Source: Deltaproteobacteria bacterium
GTDB lineage: Bacteria; Myxococcota_A; UBA9160; SMWR01
Length of the DNA stretch: 64,000 nt
Assembly: GCA_032128375.1 (NCBI GenBank)
Contig: JAQBGU010000188.1
Location: forward strand, 96,001-160,000
Direction of reading: 5' to 3'
The notes under the pieces were generated by a model. It was given only the letters and a program-made list of their open reading frames with translations. It did not search any database and was not told the origin of the DNA. The translations under genes and the position numbers were made by a program. The first letter of the stretch is position 1. Each line of letters begins with the position of its first letter. This document shows positions 1 through 9,857 of the stretch, piece after piece.

Positions 1-1329
1 GCGCTGGGCGATCACACCGTCAGCCTCGTGCTGTCAGCCGCCTCACTCCTGTATTTCAAGTTCCTGATGGACCACGCAGGACTCAGCCCGCTGCTGGCTG
101 GGCTGGTGGTTTGGATCGCACGAATTGTCGACGCGTTCACCGACCCCGCGATGGGGCGCATTTCGGATACCACACGCTGGCGGGCAGGACGGCGCCGGCC
201 TTACTTCCTGATCGGCGCGCTTCCGTTCGGGATCTTCTTTGCGCTGATGTGGGTGACGGTGCCGTTCGAGTCACAGCTCTTGCGTTTCGCTTATTATTCC
301 ACGGTCTATGTGGGAGTCAGCCTGGCCATGACCTGCCTTTCGGTCCCCTACCTCGCGCTGCTACCCGAGATGGCCACAGACTACGACGAACGAACATCGT
401 TCAATACCTTTCGCTCGGCGGCGGCGGTGTTGGGAACATGGGCTGCGGTCGCGATGAAGTCGGTCGCAGATGCGCTCGGCGGCGATGACCAGGCTTGGAC
501 GCAGACGGCAACGCTGGCCGCGGTGTGGATTACGCTCCCGTGGCTCGCGGTCTACGCAGCGAGCTTCGAACGTCCCGAGTACCAGAACAGAAACCGCATC
601 GGCTTCATCGCGGGCGCGCGAACCGTGTCGCGCCACGGCGCGTTTCGGATCCTGGCTTCGTTCTACATCCTGGCGCGAATCGCAGTCGACCTGATCGGCG
701 CGATGTTTCTGCTGTATTTCGCCTATTGGATCGGCCGGGAGGAGGATTTCGCGCCAACGCTGGGCGCGTTCCTGCTGATCGTCGTCGCGGTGTTGCCAGC
801 CTGGCTCGCGGTTTCGCGCCGCTTCGACAAGAAGTCGATATTCATCGTCGGTACGGCGTGGTGGAGCCTGACCCAGCTCGCGATCTTCTTGGCCCAACCC
901 GATTGGCCACGCTGGCTCATGTTCGCGATCCCGGCTCTAGCGGCAATCGGCTATGCGGTCGCGGACTTGATGCCCTGGGCGATGCTGGGTGACGTGATCG
1001 ACGAGGACGAACTCGCGGCGGGTGATCGGCGCGAAGGGGTCTACGTCGGCTTCTTCATGTTTTTGCGCAAAGTCGGCGGCGCAACTGCGGTGTTGGCGAT
1101 TGGCGCGGTCTTGCAACTGGCCGGCTTTGCAAGCGACGCAATCGCATCGGAGCAGAGCCCGCAGGCACTTCAAGCAATCCGCGTGCTCACTTCGCTCGTG
1201 CCGATGGCGTTATTGCTGGCCTCGATCGCAGTCGCGACTCGATATCCGCTGACGCGCCAGGTGCACGGCCAGATCCTCGAAGGCCTGCGCGTTCGCCGCG
1301 AAGCGGAGGACACTCAACCGGCCGAGTGA
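1..1329 (+). CDS. MFS transporter, glycoside-pentoside-hexuronide (GPH/MelB-like) family; 5' truncated by window edge
   Basis: Frame open from base 1; IARIVDAFTDPAMGRISD and GRRRPY motifs, multiple hydrophobic helices, GDRREG loop motif. Confidence 0.88.
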   Translation, partial: ALGDHTVSLVLSAASLLYFKFLMDHAGLSPLLAGLVVWIARIVDAFTDPAMGRISDTTRWRAGRRRPYFLIGALPFGIFFALMWVTVPFESQLLRFAYYSTVYVGVSLAMTCLSVPYLALLPEMATDYDERTSFNTFRSAAAVLGTWAAVAMKSVADALGGDDQAWTQTATLAAVWITLPWLAVYAASFERPEYQNRNRIGFIAGARTVSRHGAFRILASFYILARIAVDLIGAMFLLYFAYWIGREEDFAPTLGAFLLIVVAVLPAWLAVSRRFDKKSIFIVGTAWWSLTQLAIFLAQPDWPRWLMFAIPALAAIGYAVADLMPWAMLGDVIDEDELAAGDRREGVYVGFFMFLRKVGGATAVLAIGAVLQLAGFASDAIASEQSPQALQAIRVLTSLVPMALLLASIAVATRYPLTRQVHGQILEGLRVRREAEDTQPAE

Positions 1330-1713
1330 TAGGTGGTGATAGTATCGCCACTGGATTCGCAACCTAACGATGGGGAACCACTTGCGAGCGACCCAGGCAT
1401 GCAAGCGCGCAGCCGCCAGCATCGGGACGTCGTCGACGATCTTCTGGGTCACGTCCCCGGTGACGTCTCTGGTGACGCTGTTAGCGACTTGGATGGCGAC
1501 GTTCTGGTTGGCGGACTGTGATTCGCACGAACTGTACGAAGGACAGCCCGCACAGTCGAGCGACGCCCTCTCAAGCTGGAAGGAGCCTCGAACTTCCGTG
1601 ATCTCGGCGGTTCGACGCGTTCCGCCGTGATGCACTCAGGATCGACGACGCGGAATTGGCCGCGTTTCGGCAGATGGCCCTGGAGAAAGCAGGCGGGTAA
1701 CTGCGCGCGCAGC

Positions 1714-3114
1714 CTAGAGTCCGACCGTCAACTCCCGCAGGCCCTCATTCATCAATCGGCGCACACCCGGGTGTGCGCGAAACGTGATGTGCGCCCCCTG
1801 ATACCACTCGATCCTCGGCCGATCCCAGTGTGCCCACAAATCCCGAACCTGCGCGACCGGGACCAACCGGTCAGCGACCGCAGCAAAGATGAACCGTCCA
1901 GCGACCGGAACCCGAGGCTTCAGCAGTAGCGGCGACACGACCCGCATCACTTCTCTCATCTGCTCTTCGAACCCGTTGTCCAACGCTTCCTGAAATTCCA
2001 ACGTTGAGCCGTGCTGCATCACGACACCCGGAATATCCGCGAGCGGTATCCCGGCGATCGCACACGCGAGTCCATCTTCGAGCGTCGAGAGCAACGCAGT
2101 GTTGTACCCACCCAACGAATAGCCGAGCACGCCGATCGAAGCGTCGCCCTGCTCGCGCACCCAGCCGAGCATCCGACGGATGTCCCACATCGCTTGCGCC
2201 TCAGCGTGAACGCTGTCCATGATATCGCCAGACAGGAATCCGTCGCCGCTGCGTCGACCGGCCTTGCGAGTGCCATGCAGCGGAAGTACTGGCACAATCA
2301 GATTCAACCCCAGTTCGTGATGCAACCAAGCAGGCGGGAACGCCAGCAGGTCGATCCCCGCCGAGCCCATCTGGTAGCCGTGGATGCATACGAGCCACGG
2401 CCGGTCTTCCGGGTGACGCAATACCCAGGCGTGCGCGGTGCGATTGGCACCGTATGAGTGCCAGCGGTCTGCGCCGGGTTCATCGGGATGGGCACGGTAG
2501 CCACTGTCGAAACTCAACTGCTCGTAGTGGGTGCCTAGAGAACGCGCTGAACGGAACCTGGGTGACTCCAGCGGCGGCGGTGCTGAGTGATATGCGAGCG
2601 GATCCGCGAGCCAGCCCTTGCTGCCGAACATCTCTTGTGCAGCCGTGACTTCGCCGACGATCCGGGCGACGTCGCTGCGTCTGGGGAACGGCATGAATGC
2701 GACCATGCTGGCCAGTAACGCCTCGTCGGCCGCGACCTGGGCGGACAGAGCAAGCGACCGGACCGGTGAAGGGACGCCTTCGGCGGGCGTTTCCAAGCGC
2801 ATGGCGTGACTCCCACATGCGAGAAAGCCCAGCGCCGAAATTCCCATCAATGCGAGGCCGGTCCAAAATCCGACAACGAGCACGGCCACCGCGGACAACA
2901 ACCCGCCGATCACGCCGCCGGCAGCGCCAAAATGCGTGATGCGCGGATCGCCCGGCCAGAGCAGCATCGCGACACCGCTACCGAGCAGCAGGCAACCGGG
3001 AACCGCCGCCAGTAAGGCAAATACCCAACCGTGCCCCAGAGCGAGCCACAGCCATCCCAGTCCTGCCAATAGCGGCAGCCAGGCTTCGCGGGGGAATCGC
3101 AGTCGTTCCGGCAT
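1714..3114 (-). CDS. Membrane-anchored alpha/beta hydrolase
   Basis: N-terminal hydrophobic helices, CIHGY oxyanion region, GYSLG nucleophile elbow, D and H (GAH) triad candidates. Confidence 0.8.
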   Translation of the reverse strand: MPERLRFPREAWLPLLAGLGWLWLALGHGWVFALLAAVPGCLLLGSGVAMLLWPGDPRITHFGAAGGVIGGLLSAVAVLVVGFWTGLALMGISALGFLACGSHAMRLETPAEGVPSPVRSLALSAQVAADEALLASMVAFMPFPRRSDVARIVGEVTAAQEMFGSKGWLADPLAYHSAPPPLESPRFRSARSLGTHYEQLSFDSGYRAHPDEPGADRWHSYGANRTAHAWVLRHPEDRPWLVCIHGYQMGSAGIDLLAFPPAWLHHELGLNLIVPVLPLHGTRKAGRRSGDGFLSGDIMDSVHAEAQAMWDIRRMLGWVREQGDASIGVLGYSLGGYNTALLSTLEDGLACAIAGIPLADIPGVVMQHGSTLEFQEALDNGFEEQMREVMRVVSPLLLKPRVPVAGRFIFAAVADRLVPVAQVRDLWAHWDRPRIEWYQGAHITFRAHPGVRRLMNEGLRELTVGL

Positions 3115-3242
3115 GGGGCCTCCGACGCAAATCCAGGTGGGGACGCTGGGTCCGCAAACAGCCGGTATGGCGTGCTCAGACCTCGATAAGCCGCCCTGGA
3201 TCGCGCATGGGTGGTGTCATGTTTGAAGGAAAAGCGGGTTGA

Positions 3243-5744
3243 ATGAACGAACGATACCCCGCGCGCGGCGGTGGTCAATCTGACACTCGAATGCCTTTCG
3301 GAGTGATAGACTCGATACAGATGGCCTGCCTCGACTCCAGCCCCGATGCCCCCCTCGACCCTGCCCTCGAGCGGGTGGCCTTGACCGACGAACCCGGCTG
3401 GCCGGCGTCACACGCCGAGCCTGTGGTCTTTCTCGTCGATGCCTCGAGCCGACTCGAAGCGCGACTGCTCGAAGCCTGGGTCGAGCGAGTTCGACCCGAG
3501 GGGGGGGACGCGTCACAGCATGAGAGCATCCGATTGCCCCCTAGCCGGAGACGCCGAGCGGGTGCAACACTCGATCGACTCGAAGTTCGACTCGCGGCGG
3601 GCGACGACCCGCTGCTCGCTCCACTGCGTATCGTGTGGCTGGCGGCCGAGCGTGACGGAAAGCGCGCGGCTCGCTTCGTAAACCTGTTGACGCTCGGCGA
3701 CCCGCGCGATCCGGGTACGCTGCGCCAGCGGTTGATCCTGAGTCGAAACCCCGACCGGTGTCGTATTGTTGCTGGAGCGGCAGCGCGATTGTCCGAGCTT
3801 CGCGAGCGCTGGCGCAAGCTAGGCGGTTCCGATGCCAACCTGACCCAGAGCCTGCCCGAATTCGTCGCCCGTCAGGCCGCTCTCGCATCCGAGCGCGCCG
3901 AACGTCGAGTACGCGGCGCGCGCTACAAAGTGCCGCGGTTGGTTCACGAGGACATCCTCGACCGCCCGGCCTTCCGCGGCGGCGCGCTGCGCTTGGCGCG
4001 ACAGCTCGACCACAACGAACCGGCCGTAGTCAAGCAGATGTCGCGCTACCTCCGGGAGATTGCCGCGACCCACAGCCCGTACGTAATCGATCTGGCCGCA
4101 CACTTGATTCGCCGGCTCTACACACTCGGGTACGACGAGGCACTGGCGTACGACCGCGACCAACTCGCGCGCATTGCCGCGCTGTCACAGCGCCACCCGG
4201 TCGTGATGTTGCCATCACACAAGTCGAACCTGGATCACCTCGTGCTGCAATACATGCTGTACGAAAACGGCCACCCGCCGAATCACACGGCCGGCGGAAT
4301 CAACATGAACTTTTTTCCGGTCGGCCCGCTGGTTCGGCGAAGCGGGACCTTTTTCATCCGGCGCACGTTCAAGGACAATCCGATCTACAAGTTCGTGTTG
4401 CAGCACTACGTCGACTACTTGATCGAGAAGCGCTTCCCACTCGAGTGGTACATCGAAGGCGGACGCTCCCGATCCGGCAAACTGCTACCGCCGCGATTCG
4501 GGATGCTCGCGTATGTTGTCGACGCCTACCGCCGCGGGAAGAGCGAAGATGTGCTGCTGATCCCGATCTCGATCGCTTACGACCAGATCCAGGATGTGAC
4601 TTCGTACGCCGCCGAGCAATCGGGTGCAATGAAGCAAGCCGAAGGCCTGGGTTGGTTCATCTCGTTGATTCGGTCGCTGAGGCGCCGCTATGGCACGGTG
4701 CGGATCCGCTTCGGAGAGCCGCTTTCACTGGCGAAGGTGCTGGGAGAGCCCAACCCCGACGCTGAACCGGACCCCGATGAACAGAGCCTTTCGGTGCAGA
4801 AGATCGCGTTCGAAGTCGCGGTTCGGATCAACGAGGTCACGCCCATCACCGCCACTTCGCTGGTCACGCTGGCCTTGCTGGGACGCGGGGACCGGGCTGT
4901 GACCGTTCCGGAAACCGTTACCGCGGTCGAAAACCTGCTCGCCTACGTGCGGCGTCGCGATTTGCCGCGAACGTCGGAGCTCGAACTCGACGACCCCGAC
5001 GAGGTCGAGCGCACGCTCGAGGCGCTGGTCGAAAACAACGTCGTCTCGCGTTTCGATGGTGGACCCGAAGTCGTCTACCGGATCGGCGCCGAACAACAGC
5101 TGACCGCCGCCTACTACCGCAATACGATTATTCACTTCTTCATCACGTCGGCAATCGCGGAACTCGCGCTGCTTCGCGCCGCCGAGCCCGGAGTGAAAGA
5201 CCCGACGGCATCGTTCTGGGACGAGGCCATGGCGCTGCGCGATCTTCTGAAGTTCGAATTCTTCTTCTCGGAAAAGGAAGTCTATCGAGGTGAATTGCGT
5301 CGAGAATTGGGAATACACGACAGTGCGTGGGAACAGCGCCTCGCCGAAGGCTCGCTGGGGATCCAGCGACTGATCCGGAATTTTCGACCTTTTACGTCCC
5401 ACCGAGTGCTGCGCCCCTTTCTCGATGCGTATCGTCTGGTCGGCGACCACCTCGAACGTTGGGATCCCGATACCGAGGTCGACGAAGGCCGCTTCGTCAC
5501 CGAGTGCATGGGACTGGGCAAGCAGTATCTCCTGCAGGGTACGATCCACAGCGCGGCATCGGTATCGCAACTGCTGATCAAGACCGCGCTGAAAGTCGCC
5601 GCGAACCGCGGATTGTTGAAGACCGGAGCGCCCGACCAGCGGGAACAGCGCAGAGAATTCGCGGAAGAGATTCACGCCGGTGTGCGGAGAATCGATGCGA
5701 TCGATGCACTGGCAGCTGGGCGGCGGGCAGGGATCATCGGATAG
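3243..5744 (+). CDS. plsB: Glycerol-3-phosphate 1-O-acyltransferase (start uncertain; ATG 3291 or 3321 also possible)
   Basis: HKSNLD (HxxxxD) block I, GTFFIRR block II, YIEGGRSRSGK block III, LIPISIAYD block IV; about 800 aa. Confidence 0.9.
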   Translation: MNERYPARGGGQSDTRMPFGVIDSIQMACLDSSPDAPLDPALERVALTDEPGWPASHAEPVVFLVDASSRLEARLLEAWVERVRPEGGDASQHESIRLPPSRRRRAGATLDRLEVRLAAGDDPLLAPLRIVWLAAERDGKRAARFVNLLTLGDPRDPGTLRQRLILSRNPDRCRIVAGAAARLSELRERWRKLGGSDANLTQSLPEFVARQAALASERAERRVRGARYKVPRLVHEDILDRPAFRGGALRLARQLDHNEPAVVKQMSRYLREIAATHSPYVIDLAAHLIRRLYTLGYDEALAYDRDQLARIAALSQRHPVVMLPSHKSNLDHLVLQYMLYENGHPPNHTAGGINMNFFPVGPLVRRSGTFFIRRTFKDNPIYKFVLQHYVDYLIEKRFPLEWYIEGGRSRSGKLLPPRFGMLAYVVDAYRRGKSEDVLLIPISIAYDQIQDVTSYAAEQSGAMKQAEGLGWFISLIRSLRRRYGTVRIRFGEPLSLAKVLGEPNPDAEPDPDEQSLSVQKIAFEVAVRINEVTPITATSLVTLALLGRGDRAVTVPETVTAVENLLAYVRRRDLPRTSELELDDPDEVERTLEALVENNVVSRFDGGPEVVYRIGAEQQLTAAYYRNTIIHFFITSAIAELALLRAAEPGVKDPTASFWDEAMALRDLLKFEFFFSEKEVYRGELRRELGIHDSAWEQRLAEGSLGIQRLIRNFRPFTSHRVLRPFLDAYRLVGDHLERWDPDTEVDEGRFVTECMGLGKQYLLQGTIHSAASVSQLLIKTALKVAANRGLLKTGAPDQREQRREFAEEIHAGVRRIDAIDALAAGRRAGIIG

Positions 5745-5753
5745 TACCGCTCT

Positions 5754-6209
5754 TCACTGGCGCTCGTTCGCGATCACCCCGAATACCCGCAGAATTTTTC
5801 GCGTTCGGGGCGTCAGCTCAGCTTCGATTCGACCGTTGGCCAGGTCCCGCTCGGTCAGCATCTCGAACCCGAGGCTCTCCCCGGAATCCGCTTCGAGAGA
5901 CAAGTACTGCTCGTGTGTGATCGTCAGCTCGAACAGGTGATGGGGTGCCTGGTCGACGATCCGGGTGTCGAAGCCAGGCGCGCCGGCCTCGGCGATCCGG
6001 GCAAGCTCTCCGGTTCGCTCCTCTTCGCGGAGCTCGCGCAGCAGCGCCTCGATCGGCGACTCGTTCTCATCGAGATGGCCGCCCAGCATTTCGAGCCCAT
6101 TGTGCTTCCGCTTGCCCGGGGCATTCTTGCGGGACAGCAACGCGAACCGCACACCGTTTTGCACGACGACGATCCGCGCCTTGGCGACGGCGGTTGTCTT
6201 CCGCGACAT
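5754..6209 (-). CDS. NUDIX hydrolase
   Basis: Nudix box GGHLDENESPIEALLRELREE; ATG at 6209 chosen within ORF 5754..6329. Confidence 0.75.
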   Translation of the reverse strand: MSRKTTAVAKARIVVVQNGVRFALLSRKNAPGKRKHNGLEMLGGHLDENESPIEALLRELREEERTGELARIAEAGAPGFDTRIVDQAPHHLFELTITHEQYLSLEADSGESLGFEMLTERDLANGRIEAELTPRTRKILRVFGVIANERQ

Positions 6210-6383
6210 ACACGACAACGTACTGTGAGCTGATCCGCTTCGCTCCGACCGGTTTCGTTTGGGGATTGGGCCGCTCGGTTTCGCTGCGAAGTCGGAATTC
6301 GGGTACAGGTTTTGATTCGAGTACGGCAACTGGAACAGATCGACAAGAACCGGTTGCGATGTGCACCTCAGTGAGAGCTGGAT

Positions 6384-7712
6384 TCAGAACAGATCGACAA
6401 TCGTCTGCCAAGTGCTGGGCACTGCGAAGTACAACACGAAGACCAGAAACAGCGGAACCGCGAAGCGCAGCAGATTGTGCCAGATCGGCAGCCAGCTGAG
6501 ACCGTCTGTGCCACGCGCAACCTCGGCCTCCGGATCCGCCATCCACCAGCCGACGAAGATCGCCAGCGCCAGGCCGCCGCCGAGCAGAAAGAGATTGTTG
6601 GCAACCTCGTCGACTGCGCCGAGAATATCGGTGCTCCACGCCGACGGGATTCCGAGGATGGCGATGGCCGTACCGAGCACGCTGGCGGCTCGACGCCGGG
6701 TCCATCCCAGCCCGTCGATCGCGGTTGCAACGACCACTTCGAGCAGCGAGATTGCCGATGTCAGCGCGCCGACCACCAGCGCGGCGAAAAACAGCCCGCC
6801 GACGCCGCGGCCCACGCCTCCCATTTCTGCGAACGCCTTCGGGAGGGTGATGAACAGCGCACCGACTGTGCTTTCGCCGACGTCGCTGGACAGATTCAGC
6901 GCGAAGATCATCGGGAACACGACGAGCCCAGCGATGAACGCGATCCCGACATCGGCAACGGCGATGATCACCGATTCCCTCGGTAGGTTTGTTTCTTGGC
7001 TCAAGTAGCTCGCGAAGGTGAGCATGGCACCCATGCCCAAGCTCAGGCTGAAAAACGCCTGACCTGCAGCGGCCTTCCATACGTCGAGTTCCGATAGCTT
7101 CCCGAAATCGGTATTCAAGTAGTATGTGTAGCCACCCGACGCACCTTCCAATGTCGCCGCATAGAGCGCGAGCCCGACGACGATCGCGAACAAGACGGGC
7201 ATCAAGACCATCGCGGTGCGTTCGATTCCGCCACTCACACCGCGCGCGACGATGTAGATCGTTCCCGCCATGAACGCGACGTGGTAGCCAAACGCATCCC
7301 AGCCCGACGCGACGCTGCTGAAATGCTCTCCGGCGTCCGCATCGAAGCCGACCAAGATACCCGATAGCGCGTAGCGGACCGTCCACCCCGCGATGACCGA
7401 GTAGTAGGACAGGATCAAGAAACCTGCGGCCACAAATACGAGCCCCAGCGGCTTCCAGCTGTTGCCTCCGAAGTGGGCCAATGCGCTGATGGGACTCTTC
7501 TGCGAGCCGCGCCCGAGTGCGAGTTCCGCTAGCAGAACTGGCAGACCGACCAGCAACGTGATGACCAGATACAGCACCACGAACGCGGCCCCGCCGTTTT
7601 CCGCGGTGAGGTAAGAAAAACGCCACATGTTGCCGAGACCGACAGCAGAACCAATGGCGGCCATCACGAAGCCGTAGCGACTCGACCACTGTTCTCTCGG
7701 TTGGCTAGCCAT
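6384..7712 (-). CDS. Sodium-dependent transporter, neurotransmitter:sodium symporter (NSS/LeuT-like) family
   Basis: REQWSSRYGF, IGSAVGLGNMWRF, QAFFSLSLGMG motifs; many TM helices. Confidence 0.92.
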   Translation of the reverse strand: MASQPREQWSSRYGFVMAAIGSAVGLGNMWRFSYLTAENGGAAFVVLYLVITLLVGLPVLLAELALGRGSQKSPISALAHFGGNSWKPLGLVFVAAGFLILSYYSVIAGWTVRYALSGILVGFDADAGEHFSSVASGWDAFGYHVAFMAGTIYIVARGVSGGIERTAMVLMPVLFAIVVGLALYAATLEGASGGYTYYLNTDFGKLSELDVWKAAAGQAFFSLSLGMGAMLTFASYLSQETNLPRESVIIAVADVGIAFIAGLVVFPMIFALNLSSDVGESTVGALFITLPKAFAEMGGVGRGVGGLFFAALVVGALTSAISLLEVVVATAIDGLGWTRRRAASVLGTAIAILGIPSAWSTDILGAVDEVANNLFLLGGGLALAIFVGWWMADPEAEVARGTDGLSWLPIWHNLLRFAVPLFLVFVLYFAVPSTWQTIVDLF

Positions 7713-7769
7713 CCGCCCGCAGCATACACCCAAACAGAGCTAGCGTACGGCAACCAGGGACGAGTCGAC

Positions 7770-7815
7770 TGTGGACAAATTGATGTGGACAAATTGATGC
7801 GGACAAGTTGATGCG
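7770..7815. repeat. Tandem 14-bp repeat x3 (TGTGGACAAATTGA) ending at the start codon of the VOC gene
   Basis: tgtggacaaattga tgtggacaaattga tgcggacaagttga tgcg read directly. Confidence 0.85.
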
Positions 7816-8566
7816 TGGATCCATTATATTCGACCACATCGCGGTAGGCGTGCGCGACCCGGCAAAGGTGACGCCGCTTTTGGTCGGAGACCTCGGGGGC
7901 GAGCCGGTTGCCGCCGGTCCGGGCGCCGGATTCCTGTGGTACCAGTGGCGATTTGGCGGAGCCGGTGTGCTCGAGGTACTCGAACCGGACGGACCGACCG
8001 ACGGCTTCCTTTACCGCTTTCTCGATTCGCGCGGGCCCGGCATCCACCACGTGACTTTCAAAGTGCCGGATCACGCGGACGCAGTCGATCGCGCCACACA
8101 GCTCGGATACAGCGTGGTTGGATTGAAACTCGACGACCCGGGCTGGAAGGAGGCATTCCTACATCCGAAGCAGGCCCAGGGCATTGTCGTGCAACTTGTC
8201 GAGAGCCGACCTCATCAGGAAGACGAGAGCGGCGATCCCAGTTGGCGACGGCCGTTTCCGCCGGCACCCGAACCGGCCGCAGAGCCGATGGCCCTCGTCG
8301 GCCTGCGGATGACTTCGCACGATCGCGCGCGTGCACTAACACAATGGATGCTACTGCTCGGGGCCGAATGCGATCCCCACTCGGACCCGCTGGTGTTTCG
8401 CTGGGCGAGTTCGCCGATGCGAATCGTCGTCGAGATCGATCCGGATCGCGCGGAGGGCCCGGTGGGCCTCGAATGGTCCGCCGAACATGCGACGCCGATC
8501 CCTGAGTTTGCCAACTCACTGTTGGGTACACCGAACTTTTCGATTTCGACGTCTTTTTCTGGGTGA
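7811..8566 (+). CDS. VOC family protein (methylmalonyl-CoA epimerase/glyoxalase-like N-terminal domain)
   Basis: FDHIAVGV, LEVLEP, RGPGIHHVTFKV, EAFLHPK..GIVVQLVE motifs. Confidence 0.8.
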   Translation: MRGSIIFDHIAVGVRDPAKVTPLLVGDLGGEPVAAGPGAGFLWYQWRFGGAGVLEVLEPDGPTDGFLYRFLDSRGPGIHHVTFKVPDHADAVDRATQLGYSVVGLKLDDPGWKEAFLHPKQAQGIVVQLVESRPHQEDESGDPSWRRPFPPAPEPAAEPMALVGLRMTSHDRARALTQWMLLLGAECDPHSDPLVFRWASSPMRIVVEIDPDRAEGPVGLEWSAEHATPIPEFANSLLGTPNFSISTSFSG

Positions 8567-8577
8567 CGGATCCCATT

Positions 8578-8633
8578 GGTTGACGAAAGGTTGACGAAGG
8601 TTGACGGATGCCTATTTTCGTCTTATTTTCGCC
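8578..8633 (+). promoter_or_regulatory. Direct-repeat elements upstream of radical SAM gene (GGTTGACG x3; TATTTTCG x2)
   Basis: ggttgacgaaa-ggttgacgaa-ggttgacgga with 10-11 bp period, then tattttcg-tct-tattttcgcc; regulatory role inferred only. Confidence 0.4.
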
Positions 8634-8648
8634 TGTCCGAGGTGCGAA

Positions 8649-9773
8649 ATGAAGCCCAATCGGCCAGGCTCCGGTCCTCCCCCGGCTGCGCGTGTGGCCA
8701 TCCGCAGCCGAGGTACAGCCGAGAATCCGCCGAATCGCTTCGAGCGACTGATTGAAGTTGCGGACGGGGAATTTCTCGACTCCGAGCGTCTGCCCGATCC
8801 ATTCAGCGATTCCGACGCCGTCCCCCAGATCCGCACGGAGTATTTTCAGGACCCCTCGCGCACGATCATTGCGTTCAACAAGAGCCCCGACCTGCACTTC
8901 GACGCCAGCCTCAACCCATACCGCGGCTGCGAACACGGATGCATCTACTGTTATGCGCGTCCCAGCCACGAATATCTCGGCTTCTCCGCCGGATTGGAAT
9001 TCGAATCGAAGATCCTGGTCAAGACCGACGCACCGCGATTGCTCCAAGACAAGCTCGGGTCGCGCAGTTGGAAGCCTCAGGTCGTCGCGATCGGTGCGAA
9101 CACCGACCCCTATCAGCCAATCGAAGCCAAACTGAAGATCACGCGCGGTTGTCTGGAAGTATTTGCGGAGTTTCGAAACCCGGTTGCGATCGTCACGAAG
9201 GGGTCACTCGTCACGCGTGACAGCGATGTGCTCGCTCAGCTGGCGCGTTTCGACGCGGCCGCGGTCAATGTCAGCATCACAACCCTCGATCGCGATCTGG
9301 GACGTATCATGGAGCCGCGCGCAGCCCCGCCGCGTCGTCGGCTAGAGACAGTTGCGGAGCTCACCCGCCAGAAAATCCCGGTGGGCGTCATGCTTGCGCC
9401 GATCATTCCAGGACTGACCGATCACGAAATACCCGCCATCGTAGAGGCCGCGACCCGCGCGGGTGCGCAGTGGGTCGCGCACGTCGTGCTCCGGCTGCCC
9501 CACGGCGTCGGTCCGCTGTTCGAGGCCTGGTTGCAACGGCACTTCCCCGATCGGGCGAGCAAGGTCATGAACCGCGTGCGCGAGCTGCGCGGCGGTCGCA
9601 TCAACGATCCACGCTTCCACAGCCGGATGCGCGGGGAGGGAGTATTCGCCGAGCAAATACACTCGATGATGGCACTCGCCCTGCGGCGAGCCGGTACGCC
9701 CAACGCCCGTCCGTCGTTGTCCACCGACGCGTTTCGTCAGGCCTCTGACAAGCAGCTCCCGCTATTTGGCTGA
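8649..9773 (+). CDS. PA0069/Rv2578c-family radical SAM protein (SplB-like, DNA repair associated)
   Basis: NPYRGCEHGCIYCYARPSH CxxxCxxC, NTDPYQP, MEPRA motifs; GAGGTG SD before ATG 8649. Confidence 0.9.
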   Translation: MKPNRPGSGPPPAARVAIRSRGTAENPPNRFERLIEVADGEFLDSERLPDPFSDSDAVPQIRTEYFQDPSRTIIAFNKSPDLHFDASLNPYRGCEHGCIYCYARPSHEYLGFSAGLEFESKILVKTDAPRLLQDKLGSRSWKPQVVAIGANTDPYQPIEAKLKITRGCLEVFAEFRNPVAIVTKGSLVTRDSDVLAQLARFDAAAVNVSITTLDRDLGRIMEPRAAPPRRRLETVAELTRQKIPVGVMLAPIIPGLTDHEIPAIVEAATRAGAQWVAHVVLRLPHGVGPLFEAWLQRHFPDRASKVMNRVRELRGGRINDPRFHSRMRGEGVFAEQIHSMMALALRRAGTPNARPSLSTDAFRQASDKQLPLFG

Positions 9774-9823
9774 CGCCAAGCGGCGCGCGACCCGACCCAC
9801 TCGCCTCCAGCTTCGACACCTCG

Positions 9824-9855
9824 CGCGGCTGCGGCGCTTAGAGACCGCAGTCGCG
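9824..9855. terminator. GC-rich hairpin between convergent genes (possible terminator, no U-tract)
   Basis: cgcggctgcgg-10 nt-ccgcagtcgcg inverted repeat with one G-U pair. Confidence 0.35.
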
Positions 9856-9857
9856 AG

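Noticed and set aside
6067..7689. Long alternative ORFs such as 6067..7689 (-), 15980..17386 (+), 18029..19387 (+), 34910..36322 (+) and 61295..63547 (+)
   Set aside because: Arg/Ala/Pro-rich shadow or antisense frames of well-supported genes, expected in high-GC DNA
7770..7815. Replication origin
   Set aside because: Only 2-3 boxes, no AT-rich unwinding element and no dnaA/dnaN/gidA context
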